Of a DNA stretch of 64,000 nucleotides, positions 37,296-51,049 are shown one piece after another. Under the pieces are notes generated by a model that saw only the letters and a list, made by a program, of their open reading frames with translations, had not been told where the DNA came from and did not search any database. The first letter of the stretch is position 1, and every line of letters starts with the position of its first letter. The position numbers were made by a program, and so were the translations under genes. This DNA is from Spironucleus salmonicida (lineage: Eukaryota): NCBI RefSeq assembly GCF_000497125.1, contig NC_090596.1:1426001-1490000 (forward strand). The letters run 5' to 3'.

Positions 37296-38573
37296 ATGAA
37301 CTCCAGTATGTTTTATTTATCATAGGCTGAGTCACTGGAAAGTAGCACATAATTTCCATAAACTAGAATATAAAGATCTAAATCAGCATATAAACAGAAA
37401 GCTATATTATTACTTACCTCAAATTCAAAAAACTCTATTTTTTCAAAAACCAAAAGGTAAACTTAAGTAAAGTCAAATTTTAGCTTTTAACTTAGCAATG
37501 CTATAGTTTAAAAAGATTTTTAGATTAAAAATACTATTAAATCTACATTTAATATTAGGTCTTTAGGAGATTTCGAATCAATATTATCAGAAGTTTAGGC
37601 AATTATGATGGTTATTTTAATTGATTATGATGATGAACTAGCTAATATTGTATCAAAAACTATATTTACAAATTCATAAAATCATATAATTAGTTATATG
37701 CCTTAGTCAGTATATTAAAAGAAATCAAAAGAGAGAATTTAGAATAAACCATTAGAATATACCATTCCATATTCTAGAGTGTATGATGATAGTATTAATT
37801 GGTAAAGATCAAAGTCTGTACAAATACCTAAGCACGAAACTTTTTCATTCTCTCCTAAAATTTCAAGAGGTCCTAAGGATGTTCCAAAAGTTAGATAATA
37901 TCATGTGGAAACATTATCATTTTAACCTAATTTAAATAAGTATTCGAATTTTTTAGCAATAAAGCAGCGTCTTACACATGATGGATCATTTAAAACCTAT
38001 GATTAGATTTTATAAGAAAGAAGAGATAAGGATAAAGTATAAAAAACATAAAACTTACGCATTTGTTCCTAAAAATTGTCAGCAGAGCTGTATTAACAAG
38101 AAAATAAGTAATGTACTTTCAAACCTGTTGTTACTGCAATGGCAAATGAATTAAATATTGAAGTTAAAGATGTCTTCAAACGTTAAGAACTATTATTATT
38201 AAAAGCTATGGACTAAAGAAGATTGAAGTTAGCATAAGCGAAGTCAAAAGAGTAGGTCCTTGAGAAGCAAAATGGAGACTCTTCAGTATTTGAAAGATTG
38301 AATGCTGACGCACATCTACGACAATTATAGCTTTAAATTCGTTAAAAGTTATACTAAAAATAAATTCTAGAGTAAGAGTAACTCAATATGAAAAAAGAGT
38401 AGCAACATGTCGAGAAAAATGGGATGTTTATGTGTCTTAATAAATTTGACTACAAGGATATGAAATAAAATATTAACATTTAAAAGAAGTAAATTATTAT
38501 TAACTCTATTGCTACCGAAAAAATATCAGTTTTGTAATAGGATCCTTTTTTATAGGAAATATTGAATGAATGA
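37296..38573 (+). CDS. Hypothetical protein with CTFKP-type repeats and coiled coil
   Basis: Motifs FSFSPKI, LSFQPNLN, CTFKPVV, SVFERL; open to TGA at 38571. Confidence 0.65.
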
Positions 38574-38627
38574 TTAACTTATATTGTATTATATAACTTT
38601 AGAATCATAAACATAAATCGTTTTATA

Positions 38628-38918
38628 ATGTAAACTTAAAGCTTGAAATAAACTTCTAAGGTCATTTCTTAAATAGATTATTTTCTGTCGTATTTATCTT
38701 AGAATAAGAAGGATTGGCCAAAGATCTCTCAACCTATTGTCTCAACATAGTCAAAGAAGTCATTTTATAGTAAACTGTATTAGGAAGGTTTAGACCATCG
38801 CAAAAATTAGTAGTAATACTTTGAAATCGGCGAAATAAATGCTGTATTATTATCAAATTCCATCCATACTAATAAGAAATCAGATATGATTCTTTCAAAA
38901 TTTCAAAAATTTGAATGA
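38628..38918 (+). CDS. Hypothetical protein (96 aa)
   Basis: MQTQSLKQTSK...FYSKLYQEGLDHRK..., open to TGA. Confidence 0.5.
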
Positions 38919-39105
38919 AAAATAATTTATTTTATGTGTATTTTCGTATACTTAACAGAAGCAATAATCAATTTAATAGTCTTAACAAGTATCTGGTTTT
39001 ATAAAAAATGTGTTTAGACTCAATATTAAACAAATTCAGTGTTAACGAAATAGTAGTTATTATATATATAGATACATTTATCTATTCATTTCTTTTCCTT
39101 TTACA

Positions 39106-40488
39106 ATGTCTGACTAAGAATCGTCATCGTCTTCATCCTCTGGATCATTTGGAATTCCTGAAGGAATATAAGATCTAGATTTTGGTCGCTCTCATACCAC
39201 TAAATCACTATGTACATCATGTGGTTAATAAGGTATTACAAGACTATTATTTGTAGATATTCCTAAATTTAGAGAAATAATAGTTTCATCTTTTAAATGT
39301 AAAAATTGTGGTTTATTTGGACGAGATGTGCAACAAGCTAGCGAAATTTAAGACAGATCTGTAGAAATTACGCTTCCTGTCAAATGTTCAAAAGATCTAT
39401 CTAGAGGTATTGTTAAATCATCATTCTGCTTAACTATGATTCCTGAATTGGGATTTGAAATCGCTGCTCGACCTATGTCAGGGGTTTATACAACTCTTGA
39501 GGGTCTTTTAAAACAAGTGGTTGATAACTTAGGGCTATTATAAGCAGAGAGGAGATAACATGATTCTGTATATGCAGCATAAATAGATGATTTCATTGAG
39601 AGATTAAACTAACTACTGGCTAAAACAGCTATTCAAGAGATTCCATCTTAAGAGCCATTATTCACAATTAAATTTACTGACCCATCAGGAAACTCACATG
39701 TTGAACCGTTTGAAGATCTTCCATATACAGAAAAATTCATTTATAGAACTAATGAGTAGGCAAAAGAAATCGGTCTAACAAAAATTCAAGAAAAATAAAT
39801 TTAGCAAGAGGCCAAGTCAATTAAAATAGACCCAATAAAGTTAGATGATATAACCATCCTATGCGATTAAAATGATGTAGTTGCTGAGCTCCCAATAGAC
39901 TGCCCAAACTGTGAAAAAAAGATTTTTAACAGATCAGTTATTATAAATATTCCTTATTTTAAATAATGCTTACTATAAGCTGCTAGTTGTGATGATTGTA
40001 GTTATAGAAGCGTTGAAATTAGCTCAGCTGGCGCTATTTCTCCAGTAGGCAGAAGAACTACTTTTAAAGTAACCGATGCTACTGATTTAAGTCGTGATGT
40101 TCTTAAAAGTGATACTTGTAGTATAGAAATTCCAGAACTTGGATTAGAACTATAGCCAGGTACATTAGGAGGAGTCTATACGACTCTAGAAGGTCTAATG
40201 ACAATGCTGAAAGATGAACTTACAAAACATAGTATGTACTGGGTTGGTGATGCTTATAGGGATCCGAGCCAATAGAATAATTTTAATGAGTTAGTCTACA
40301 AATTAAATGATTGTGTCGACGGTAAAATGAAATTTACTATTATAATTGATGATCCATTAGATGGTAGTTTCATCAAGAATATTTATGCTCCTGATCCTGA
40401 CCCAGAAATGCAAGTAGTTACTTATGAACGCACCCACGAGCAAAATGAGGAGTTTGGATTCAATGATATTGATGTTGGTGAAGACTGA
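39106..40488 (+). CDS. ZPR1: Zinc-finger protein ZPR1
   Basis: Two ZPR1 modules: SLCTSC...IPKFRE...CKNCG, and CPNC...IPYFK...CDDC...DLSRDVLKS; GGVYTTLEG; DDPLDGSFI. Confidence 0.95.
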
Positions 40489-41289
40489 TCAAATAAATTC
40501 ACTTAGTAATTATGGTTTTTGAAGCAGCTAACTCATTGAATCGTCAGATAAAGAGTAATTGATATATTATGATACTGTTAAATTTTGCTCATACATTGAT
40601 TCAGTCTAGTTTTTACTTTAGATATTTTACTGATCTTATTAATGCTAAGATAAACATAGAAGATCAATCTTTTGTTGGCTGTTTTACTATTTATAAGAAA
40701 TACGTATATCTAAATCTTTGATTTTACTTATATCTATATTATTTACTGAAAAATATCCCTCCAAGTACAAGAACATTCGAGCTAACTCTTTATCAATAGT
40801 TGTTGTAAATAATGTGTCTTTTTATAGTTAAATATATTCAGTTATTATTTTTTCAGTTAGTAACGTATCTTTTGGCCATTATAACATTATATATTCAGCC
40901 ATATTAGTAACATCATAAAAACCAACCTAATCATTATGTAGTAATTATAAACTACAAGCTAAAATTTAGATAATTTATAGTTTAGTGAATATTTATTAAT
41001 CCATCTATGTAAATCGTTATAAAAAATTTTTATTTATATTTTGTTACCTAATACTATGATAGATATATAGCACAACTTTTTCATCATCATGAGCACCGAA
41101 TAATTAATTAATATAAGACTCAACCAATTTGTTATTATGAAGTTAAACAGGAAATAAATTTATTTTCAATGATATCATTTTAATTAATAAATAATGATGC
41201 CTAATTTCGTTTAATGATAAAATTTGTATCCCAAATTCCTAAAATATAAAGCGTATTAGGAAATCATGAAGAAGCAATCGTCTTTGCAT
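40489..41289 (-). CDS. Hypothetical protein (266 aa)
   Basis: MQRRLLLHDFLIRFIFQEFG..., open to a TGA that abuts the ZPR1 stop. Start codon uncertain. Confidence 0.6.
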
Positions 41290-41396
41290 TATTTATAATT
41301 CCAGATACTTGCTATAGTATTAAACATATATTTTCTAGTATATAGTTTTATTACTAATCTATTTTGATTCATATATCTAAATATACAAAATTTTAA

Positions 41397-42224
41397 ATGA
41401 TGATTCTGTTGTAACTAGAAAATTAGACATACTCAAAAATACTAACTACTGGCAAACCATTATCAATAGAAGAATATAGGCAACTAACATAAGATTTTCT
41501 TATGTTTTAATATCCAAAGTTTCTTTATCCTCCTTTAGCTATTTATGGGGACACACATGGATCTGCTAAAGATATGAAACATGCCATCAATAATAAGTAG
41601 TTCAAATTATTGCTAGGTGATTATGTGGATCGTGGACCTGACGGAGTAATTTGTTTATAGCAAGCTATAGCTTTAACTGTTTTACAATTAGGATTGGCAA
41701 TTCGTGGTAATCATGAAGAGTTCAGAATCAACTAGAGATATGGATTTGACAAATAATTAATGGCTGCGTATAAAGAAAATTATTAGGAAGCTCTGGATTT
41801 AACTTTAAAAATTTACGAAAAGCTTAAATTATTTTAATTGATAAATAGTAAATTTGGAATAATTATGGCAGTACATGGAGGAGTTCCATTAAATCAGGAC
41901 TTAAACAGCTTGGTATTTTTAGGAGCTAATAAATTTAATAAAGAAGATATTTTATGGAGTGATCCAGGAACCTAGTATAGAGCGAATCAAAGAGGTGCTG
42001 GATTAGAATATGATAAAAAGCATTTTGAAAAATGGAGTTAGAAGAATGGCGTATGGGGAGTAGTTAGGGGTCACCAAGTTGTTCAAGAAGGATTTAGAGA
42101 TGATTTTGGTGACTAAAGACATTGGACTATATTTAGTAGCAGCTCCTATGTTGGAAGTAAAAATATCGGAGGTTGGATGTTGTTTGATAATTAAAAAGGG
42201 TTTTAACCTTAAAAAATTAACTGA
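41397..42224 (+). CDS. PPP-family Ser/Thr protein phosphatase
   Basis: GDTHG, GDYVDRG, RGNHE, VHGG, DILWSDP, RGHQ, TIFSSSSY. Confidence 0.92.
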
Positions 42225-42272
42225 ATAAATAATATTTATTGTATAAGTATCTATTATATTTAAATTTTCTAA

Positions 42273-42785
42273 ATGTCATTTCTAAATAGTTTAAAATATG
42301 TCATTTTTAAGCTAGATCCTCTCTATAAATGTTTCTTAATAATGTCATCTGAAATTAATACATTATCAATTAAGAAGCATGACCTTTAATTAGATGTAAC
42401 AATTGTAAAAAATAAATATCTAAAAGCACTTATTTCCCTATCAATGTTACAGTCTAAATATTAAGAGTAGATTTAATAAAAACCAGATTTCTTAAATCCG
42501 AAATAATAAGAAATTGATGAAGTTTGTGTCAAAGTTGAAGAAAAAATAGAGTTTTAAAGAATTGAGAATGACTTTTTACGAGAATAATTATTAGAAATTA
42601 AACGAAAGCACAGTGAAAATGAAAAAATTATTGTCGAAATTCCACCCAGTATTTAACCAGAAATCAATCTTCTGTAAGATAAAATTAACGACCTTAAAAA
42701 AAGAAATGAAATAGCTCAGAAAAGGCTTGAGCAAATGTTTAAAACGGAAAAACTAAATACTCCTAGTATCTTAGAAAATATATGA
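42273..42785 (+). CDS. Hypothetical coiled-coil protein
   Basis: Open frame of 170 aa, rich in E/K/Q/L. Confidence 0.6.
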
Positions 42786-42819
42786 TTATTTTTATTATCT
42801 ATTTATTTCCATTTTAAAA

Positions 42820-43284
42820 ATGAAAATATTTCACCCTGACTTCATTTTTAACCATAAAAAAATAATGCATTAACTAATTAGGAACCTTGAAGCAGAACTT
42901 ATATAGTTTGATAATTTTTTAGTCGGCTTTAACGACGAGCAGGAGCGTCTTGTAGAAAAAAATTCGAAATTTAAGCCAAACACATATATTAACTCCTATA
43001 TTAGTAATATTTCTACTCATTCAATCCCAAAAACGTAAAAATCGCTGTCTATAACAAACTTAAGCCTTTATGATAAGAATTTTATCTCCTAACTTAATTA
43101 TACCTAAATTATTGTTATGAAGTCAAGACATGCTTCGCTTCTCAAATTTACCGGGGTGATACAGCAAGATTTTGATGAACTTTTTAAGGTTAATCTTGAG
43201 GTAAATCGATTTATAGTAAAACTATATGCAGAAACGAATAGCCAAGGTGCGATGGTGCGAAAGCTATAGATATGGCTAAAGTGA
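42820..43284 (+). CDS. Hypothetical protein, possibly RNase P/MRP subunit p29 (POP4)-like
   Basis: LNYTQIIVMKSRHASLLKFTGVIQQDFDELFKV resembles the POP4 pattern I-x-V-x-KS-x-x-PS-x-x-G-x-x-G-I. Tentative. Confidence 0.45.
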
Positions 43285-43334
43285 GGCCCATCTAATCCTT
43301 CTTTCCCACTCGTCAACTATGTGATTTTTGAATT

Positions 43335-43940
43335 TCACTCGTAAATGAGCTCCGTAACGGCTTTTTGTAGCGCGAACACCTGGCTACAGTCCATTTTCTT
43401 GAAATCGAACCTATGTGCCTGCTTCAAAACCGTCCTCTACGCCTCCGATAGGGACGAGATCTGCTGTAACAAAATCGTTTCGTCCACGTCGATTTCCTAA
43501 ATCAGCACCTGCGGCCTGAAACTCGGCGTAATGCCCAAATGGAATATCTGCGAATTCGTCAGCTTAGTGAAAAATTGCTATTACAACATAACCAGAATGT
43601 AGTTCAATAGTTCGTCAGCTTGCTCTGCGATTCCGGTGGTCCCCGAAGCTTATGCGAATCGGGTGCAGTTAACGTGAATTTGCACAACATCCCGCACGAA
43701 ATCATACATGAGGCGGTGCTTCAGCTGCAAAAGGCTCTTTTTGATCATATCCAGCGAGACTGGGCGTTTTACAATGTCAGTGTATGTAGGTAGGTTTGAA
43801 CCTATGTAGTCCACGCAACCAAGAAATCCCTAGGAGAAAGATCTTTGTTTTGATGCCTATGTGATGATCTTAAAAAGCTTAATGCGCGACTCGTCGCCTA
43901 ACTATATAGAGCCAAATTTAACTTACTGGTCGGATAACAT
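43335..43940 (-). CDS. Divergent bromodomain protein
   Basis: FLGCVDYIGSNLPTYTDIVKRPVSLDMIKK...FVRDVVQIHVNCTRFA. Confidence 0.8.
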
Positions 43941-43990
43941 TAAATAAATAAGTTGTTATACTATATATAAATACTGTTAAAAATTTAAAA

Positions 43991-46267
43991 ATGATTTAGT
44001 AAAACTTGGACGATTATTTATGCATTAACAATGCATAGAGTTTAAAGCTGTCGAATATTTAGCGATACTGTTATATAGAGATCATTAGCATACTAAGTCT
44101 TTTGGATTTTAATATATTTTTCAGTTTAGTAGACTAGCCAGAATAGATTCTAGTTTAGTAAGGTTTGCGACTCAAATTTGCTTATAATCATGCATATAAT
44201 GTTGATAATTAACAAAAAATTTAATTTTCGTTATATTAATATGCTAAGTTGAAGTAAAAGGACGAGTTATTTGAAAAAAGTTATTTCAAAATAAGTAATT
44301 TTTTAGGGCTTGACAAATAAATAGTAAATTCAGAGTTTATTGTAGGGGATAATTAGATATAATTTAGTTTTTATATTGGTATATAATCTATTAGGAAAAT
44401 TATTGAGTGCCCATCGTTTGTTTTACAAAATACTAAAGAATAATAAATATTATTTTAATAGTAAAAATTAAATGACACATTACTTTTCCGTCAACTTATT
44501 GAGGAAAATTAACTCTTGACATAATAATACTCGTTGTAAAAGTCTATATTATCATGTTTGGAAATCATCTTTCCTGGTATGAAAAATGATTATGATAATG
44601 ATGATGAACAAATATAAGCTATAGCTATGTATGAAGAAATGCTATAAACTATTACACAAAATATTCTATAAAAAGAGTAAACAGATTAAGATATTAACAA
44701 GATTAAAGAACTAATAGATTCCATATTTCTAATGTAGTAAAATGATTTTCTTCAGAAATAGATTATTTTATTTCCTATATTTGCTGATAATTTATAAGTA
44801 GTATCATTAAGTTCACTTATTTTAGAATAATTTGAAAAATCATCGGAATTTAAATTTCTCCCTATATACTATAAGCATAAAGAGGAATTAAACCTAGTTG
44901 GAAGATTAACAATTTTACTAGGCCTTATTTACAACTTTTTTAAAGTATTTACTTTTAAGACCAATTCTGTTGTGTACAAAGATGGAGAAGTCTCTAATCT
45001 TTAATAATTTTTAGAAAATTGCTAAAATTAAACGGATATAGATCTTTACTCTTATGGGAATATTTAGTATTAAGTATGTATTAATAAATTGAAAGATGAA
45101 TTAGATATTAATGATTATTTAATTTAAAACTCATTTGTGACTATTCCATATCTTAAAATGTTAATTCTGGTAGATGACGACGATCACTACAGGTCAGAAT
45201 TATTTAGTATAATTTCATAATATAATTAACTATCAAAGGTAAACTCCTTATAATAGATAATAAATATTTTTAATTTACCAAACTCTGAAGAAAACGATAT
45301 CATCCAAAAGTCAATTAAAATAATGAGTTATTTATCATAAATTTGTTTAATACCTCCAACTACGATACCGCCTGCAGTATTGTATCCAATACCATAGTTA
45401 AATTAATAGTATGTATAAGACTTAAAAGAGTTTTAATAAAACAATAAAGAGGAAAATAAATATTTTTACTTACTGTATTGTAAAATGATTAAATAGGGAA
45501 ATATTTGTGATTAAATAGCTAATATTAGTACGAAATACCATTAGAAATTTATAAAATAGGAATGGTATGCTTTATTATTCAAACTTCAATATTGTAAATT
45601 CAGTTAAGATTTTTAAACATAATTATCAACCAATTTTATTTCTAGACTCTAAAATTATTTAATGTGCACAAGAGTAGGGTATTTAAATCCCATAATAGTA
45701 GATGCAAAATGTGTGGAGTTATATGAAAAAGAATCTATTAATAAAAAAGGAGTTACTATCAAATAGATTTGTTAATTATTAAAACTAGAAGCTTGGGAAA
45801 ATATATAAATTTAATCTGATTAAGATACTAAGCTTAAAGTATGCGTAGGAACTGAACATGATGATTTTGATATTACGAACAAAGGAAGTATCTATAATAA
45901 AATGACTTCTTTAGTAATAAATGATATTTAGACTAACAAAAATCAAGAAAATAATTATATTTAAAAACATACAAATCTTATTTCAGTTGAAAATACTAAG
46001 CCAAAATTTATATTAAAAGATTAATAATTTTATGATAATTAAGTTTCTATTGAAATTCCATAAAAATATGCGAAATACATATATTTTTATCATGATGAAG
46101 ATGTTAATGCCAAGAATTAACTTGAAACTGAAATTATAGAGTTTGCAAAGAAGCGAGATTAAGATGATGTATACATACTTATTGATGATACAAATTTATA
46201 TACAATTGAAGAATTTGTAATAACTAAATGCAAGACAACCAAATTTATTTTAGTCTCTATTATGTGA
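43991..46267 (+). CDS. Large hypothetical protein (758 aa)
   Basis: Long AT-rich frame, open in the alternative code; no motif recognised. Confidence 0.6.
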
Positions 46268-46304
46268 TATTAGATATTTATATATTATTAATAGAAATAT
46301 TTTA

Positions 46305-47915
46305 ATGTAGTCAAATGAATTAGTTAAGTCACTTATAAATGCAGAGAGATTTCTAATAATAAATGTTTAAGGTCCATCATAATCAGGTAAAACATCACTT
46401 ATTTCATTACTTTTAAATGATTAAATTTAAACTGGTCTTTATTAACCGATCCCATAAGTTTACTCGAAGATAATAAGATTGAAAGACTTTTCAATTTTCG
46501 TATAAATTTTAGACAACAGCTCATTAGCTTCTCATGTCACCCTTTCTACTGATGTATCAATATAAACACGTTGTGATGTGGATTAAATTTGTTCAGGGTT
46601 TTAATATTACTCATCGTTTGCATAGTAGTGGATTTGTTCAAAAGATTAGATATATCAACTTTTACATTTTTAAAAAGAGCTTAAAACTGATTGGAAAAAA
46701 GTTTATAAAGCCCAAAAGAAGAGATTTTATGCTAATAACTGTTGTACAAAATTTATTAGTGACAAATATAACAGTATATAATTTTTAGAAACCTTATTTT
46801 AAAACAAGTCTAAAATATAGTATTAAGAACAGGTAGAATATTCTATCATTAAATAAGAAGTATTTTCTATTAAGTTCGGGAATCCTTAGCTACGAATTTA
46901 ATAACAGGTTTACAATTAGAATAGTCCTTATATTATAGGATATAGCAAAATAGAACTTATGGATACTTTTAAACCACATGACTGGTTACAACCATACTAA
47001 GTTACTTTTTACGAGGAAATCAACAATAATAGTGTACTGAATATTGCAAAAGCGTTGTCATTTTCTGCCAATATATCATTAATAAAAACAAATTAGTGTA
47101 CTATAATCAAATCTTCAAATCTGGAGGACCTGGAGTACTACCTCTTCTTACTCCCACGAAAGATATAATTTTAGTCAAAAATTAATTGCTTTCATTACAC
47201 AATTTTGGGTCGCACACCTATATTATCTTTAACCTAAAGACTAGGTTTATTTAGTAATCTAGAGATTACATTTAAGTTCATTGTTGAACATAACACATGT
47301 CTGTCTGAATTCGATGCATATTGCTAGGCATTCAACAGAGACTCAATCAAAATTGTGAACTAGGTATTCGATAATCAAAATAATATCAAATATACGTTTA
47401 TTTCTATATTTGGTGATCTGATGGGGATACGTTTATTATAACAAACACATCATCTTTCAAATGTTCTAGTACGAATCATTGATTTTTAGTATACAGGAAA
47501 AATCCTAAATCCACTCAAAATAGAGAGCATTTTGGGTCTTGAATTCGTAGTATAACGTATATCTTCTGAATTTTTATCATAGTTGAAACCTTTTGTCTAA
47601 ATTTAAGAGACGGTTTCAGTATAGCAACTGCATCTAGAAGCAAAATTTGAATTCAAACTAAGACAGATTCTTGCTTAGAGACGTGGGCGGATTATAGGGA
47701 AGCAATCTAGTACCTTTGAGTTTTTGATGCCAATATTAGAAGAACCTGGGCTAATCACACAGCTGGATCGTTATTTTGCCAATTTTCAACTCCAAAGAGT
47801 GGGCCTCGACGTATAAATTGTCCCAACATCTGACGAATCTTGCGACAACGGTTATAAAAATTGTCAAATTTCATATCGCTAGCTTTCTAATGCAATACTG
47901 TCTTTTTTCGAATGA
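46305..47915 (+). CDS. Ras-like P-loop domain protein with C2-like and helical C-terminal regions
   Basis: NVQGPSQSGKTSLI P-loop; IFVQILDNS (degenerate G3); LRIQQQVY...IIGYSKIEL is C2-like. Confidence 0.6.
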
Positions 47916-47918
47916 AAC

Positions 47919-49361
47919 TCATTTAATCAGTTTCGCCATTAACTTCTTTGCTTGAAATCCACCAATTTATAGAGACTAGTAAAGTTCATTATAAGGTTCA
48001 ATATGTGTGGGTTCGCTTTTGCCAAGCAACACCCAATCAATTACTTTCATTGCCTTTATCTCTCGATTAGAGTCTGGGAGTTAGATCTATACTGGAGTTT
48101 TATATCTTAATAATGAGGCAATTGCCCTAAATTCTGCATATTAAAACACATCATTAGCGCTTAGAGGATCTGGCGATTGCACCTATAATGACAACTTCTT
48201 CTTTACTACCAAATTAAATAACTCACCGCATGACTTTTAAACAGTCTTTGATAAAATTTCGTACCTGTTTTTCATCAAACTGAAATCGTCAATTTTGAAT
48301 ATTTCTATTTCTATTACAATGCCTTATATCATTTTAATATGATGTAACATATTAGTATAAACATTATTACTTATAATTTTTTGCTAATGACAAGCTGCTT
48401 TTATGATACAAAAAGACGCAAACTAAGCGAAGTTTTCAAATAAACTTTTCGTATCGCAAAACTATAAGATAGAAACAAAGAAGTTAATTATCATATTAAT
48501 ATTTTTCAAGGAGCATGGTATGTTTGATTGAAAATTTTTGATTGACATATTTGCAGTTTAAATAGATAAATTTAAAGGCAACTTTCCTGTTCTAATGATA
48601 AAAATGATGATACTTTCTATTTTTGGTACAACATATAATATATAGAATTACTGGATTTTGGCTTTAATGATTTCTAAAACTGACGAAAATAGCGAAGCAG
48701 GGTCAAAATAAACCGAATTTTATATGAAACAGTTTAAGCTATTGAAAACAGGTATCAGCTATGTAAACAAGAAAAATGTATGAATTGTGTCTAAAAATGA
48801 TTTACATTATTTGAATTTTTCCTCAAAATACTATTGGATGCTCGTGAGATAAAATTCATTAATTCCTGTTAAAATTTCATAAAAATTAGTTTCTGAAAGG
48901 GTGGTTGGCATGTAGATATCTAAAAGAAGAACCTATTCAATAAATGGAGTTTTATATTGACCTTTATTAAGCCAAATAAAAATATAGTCAACATAATTCA
49001 TTAATATTTTTAGTAGATTTAATTAAAATTCGATAGAGCTTTTTTAGAAAATTCCTAGGTAATAGTCTACACTCGTTAACCATTACTAGTCTTCTAAGTT
49101 TATTTGGTGTGCAGAAAAAGAATTTTCAATAATCAGTAAAAATTACTTGCTGAAAAAGCTATTTAATCGTGATGTGAAAATATAAGTCCAGTATTAATTT
49201 ATATGCTTATTAACAGTATCGATACGATCTATTACATCATGTTAATGCGTTAGATCTAAAAACTATCTAAACGTATAAATATCATGTATCATTTCTTGTA
49301 ATACTTCCTAATCGTCATCAGACTAATACAGATATGGTGAATATTTTTAATATTTTGACAT
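47919..49361 (-). CDS. Hypothetical protein (480 aa)
   Basis: Open frame MSKYQKYSPYLYQSDDDQEVLQEM...AKKLMAKLIK*. Confidence 0.65.
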
Positions 49362-49470
49362 TTATATACAAAATTGTTGAATATTTTCTTAAAAGTTAAG
49401 TCTAAGTTATTATCTTTAACTCTGATTTAATAATTAAGTAAAATTTTAGCTAATACTAGTGTATCCAATT

Positions 49471-50220
49471 ATGCTTTAATATTAAGAAACCATATTACTG
49501 ACCTATGATTTATCTAATGATAATTTTAAAGAAATATACCATTTTGACTAAATACTTTCAATTAATTAATCTGTATACCCAAGGCTATCCGTAAAATTAT
49601 ACAGTTCATAGTAAAATGATCTAAAAAATTATATTTATCCAACTTTTTATTCTAATTAAGGTATACTTAAAGTTTTAGAAAAAGGAATGCAAAATTCTAT
49701 TAGTTATTCGCTGAAACTAGTATCCTTAATATTTAGAGATTAAATACATCGACCAATTTCTTCCTAAGATCGATATTTATTATCAATCTTGATATTTTTA
49801 GGTTAAAATAACTTCTCTCCTAATATTGGAATCTATTTCTTCAAGTGTTACAACCAGATCATAAACGATGGCTCAATAATTTAATTATATAATGCTAATT
49901 TATATTTTTTTAGCTAGTTCTATAATTTACTAACTACATTAATACCTAGGTTTTCTAACTTTATAAATTTATCATTTTCCAAATCTAGCACTAAGTTGAT
50001 TATTTCTCTTAATGGTAGTAAATTGATAGCTTATGTACTTGATCCTTAGCTAATATATTTAATATGTTATTGCATACCTTAAGCTATTTAATCTAATTAT
50101 TAGGTGCTATTTAAAACTAAAGAGTAAATAATCTACAATTCGGCTGTATTTTATAATTCTTCTTAATATTTAGTCAACTAATTTGCTTTCTAAAGAACAA
50201 TGCTTTAAAATTTTGCCTGA
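49471..50220 (+). CDS. Hypothetical protein (249 aa)
   Basis: Open frame only; very AT-rich. Confidence 0.4.
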
Positions 50221-50536
50221 GACACTATTTATTAATTTATTCTGTCTCTTTACCTGGTTATCTCTGTTTTCAGCTGATTAATAGAACTAGATAGCTGTAA
50301 AAATACTTCTGTATTGGTATTCTAATTTAAAATATTAGATTTTCTGACATTAATTAATTTGATTAGTTCTGCAACTGTCTAGACTTATTAGGACGCAGAA
50401 CTTATTTACTAGAAGCCTGAAATAAAATGGCCTTATTCAAGAAATTAAACTCCTCTAGACATATTTAAAACAATATTGCAAATTCTATATATAAATTATA
50501 ATTTCAGTTTGTAACAATATTTAATCATTTCTTTTA

Positions 50537-51046
50537 ATGAAAAAATGTACAAGCTGTGAAAAATAGTTTCCTAGTTAGGCTAAACTTTAAACACATTATA
50601 GAATTCATACAAATGAAAAACCATTTGAATGTGGTGACTGTGGTAAAGCATTCTCATAGACATCTAATTTAAATAAACACATACTTATTCATCGCCCGCG
50701 ATCATTCTCTTGCCAAGTTTGTGAAAAAGCATTTGCTACTAAATATCATCTTTAAAGGCATTCTAATATTCATTCAGATACAGTTTAATGTGAAAGCTGT
50801 GATACATCATTTAAAAATAACAATATTTACTAAAGACACTATAGAGAAGAGCATTAACCAATCAATAAAATAGAGTAACCTACAATATAGCAGGATATAT
50901 CATCAAATTCTATTTATTTGTCAGCAGGTTATACCTCGTTACTATTTGAAAAGGATCCATGCCTCTGCGCAGCTATATGTCATTGTGGAGAAGGTAGCTG
51001 TGGGTGTGGTGCTAATTGTGATTGTGATCATTCATAAAAATAGTGA
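50537..51046 (+). CDS. C2H2 zinc-finger protein with metallothionein-like Cys tail
   Basis: Four C2H2 fingers with an HTNEKPF linker; C-terminal CLCAAICHCGEGSCGCGANCDCDH. Confidence 0.88.
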
Positions 51047-51049
51047 TTT

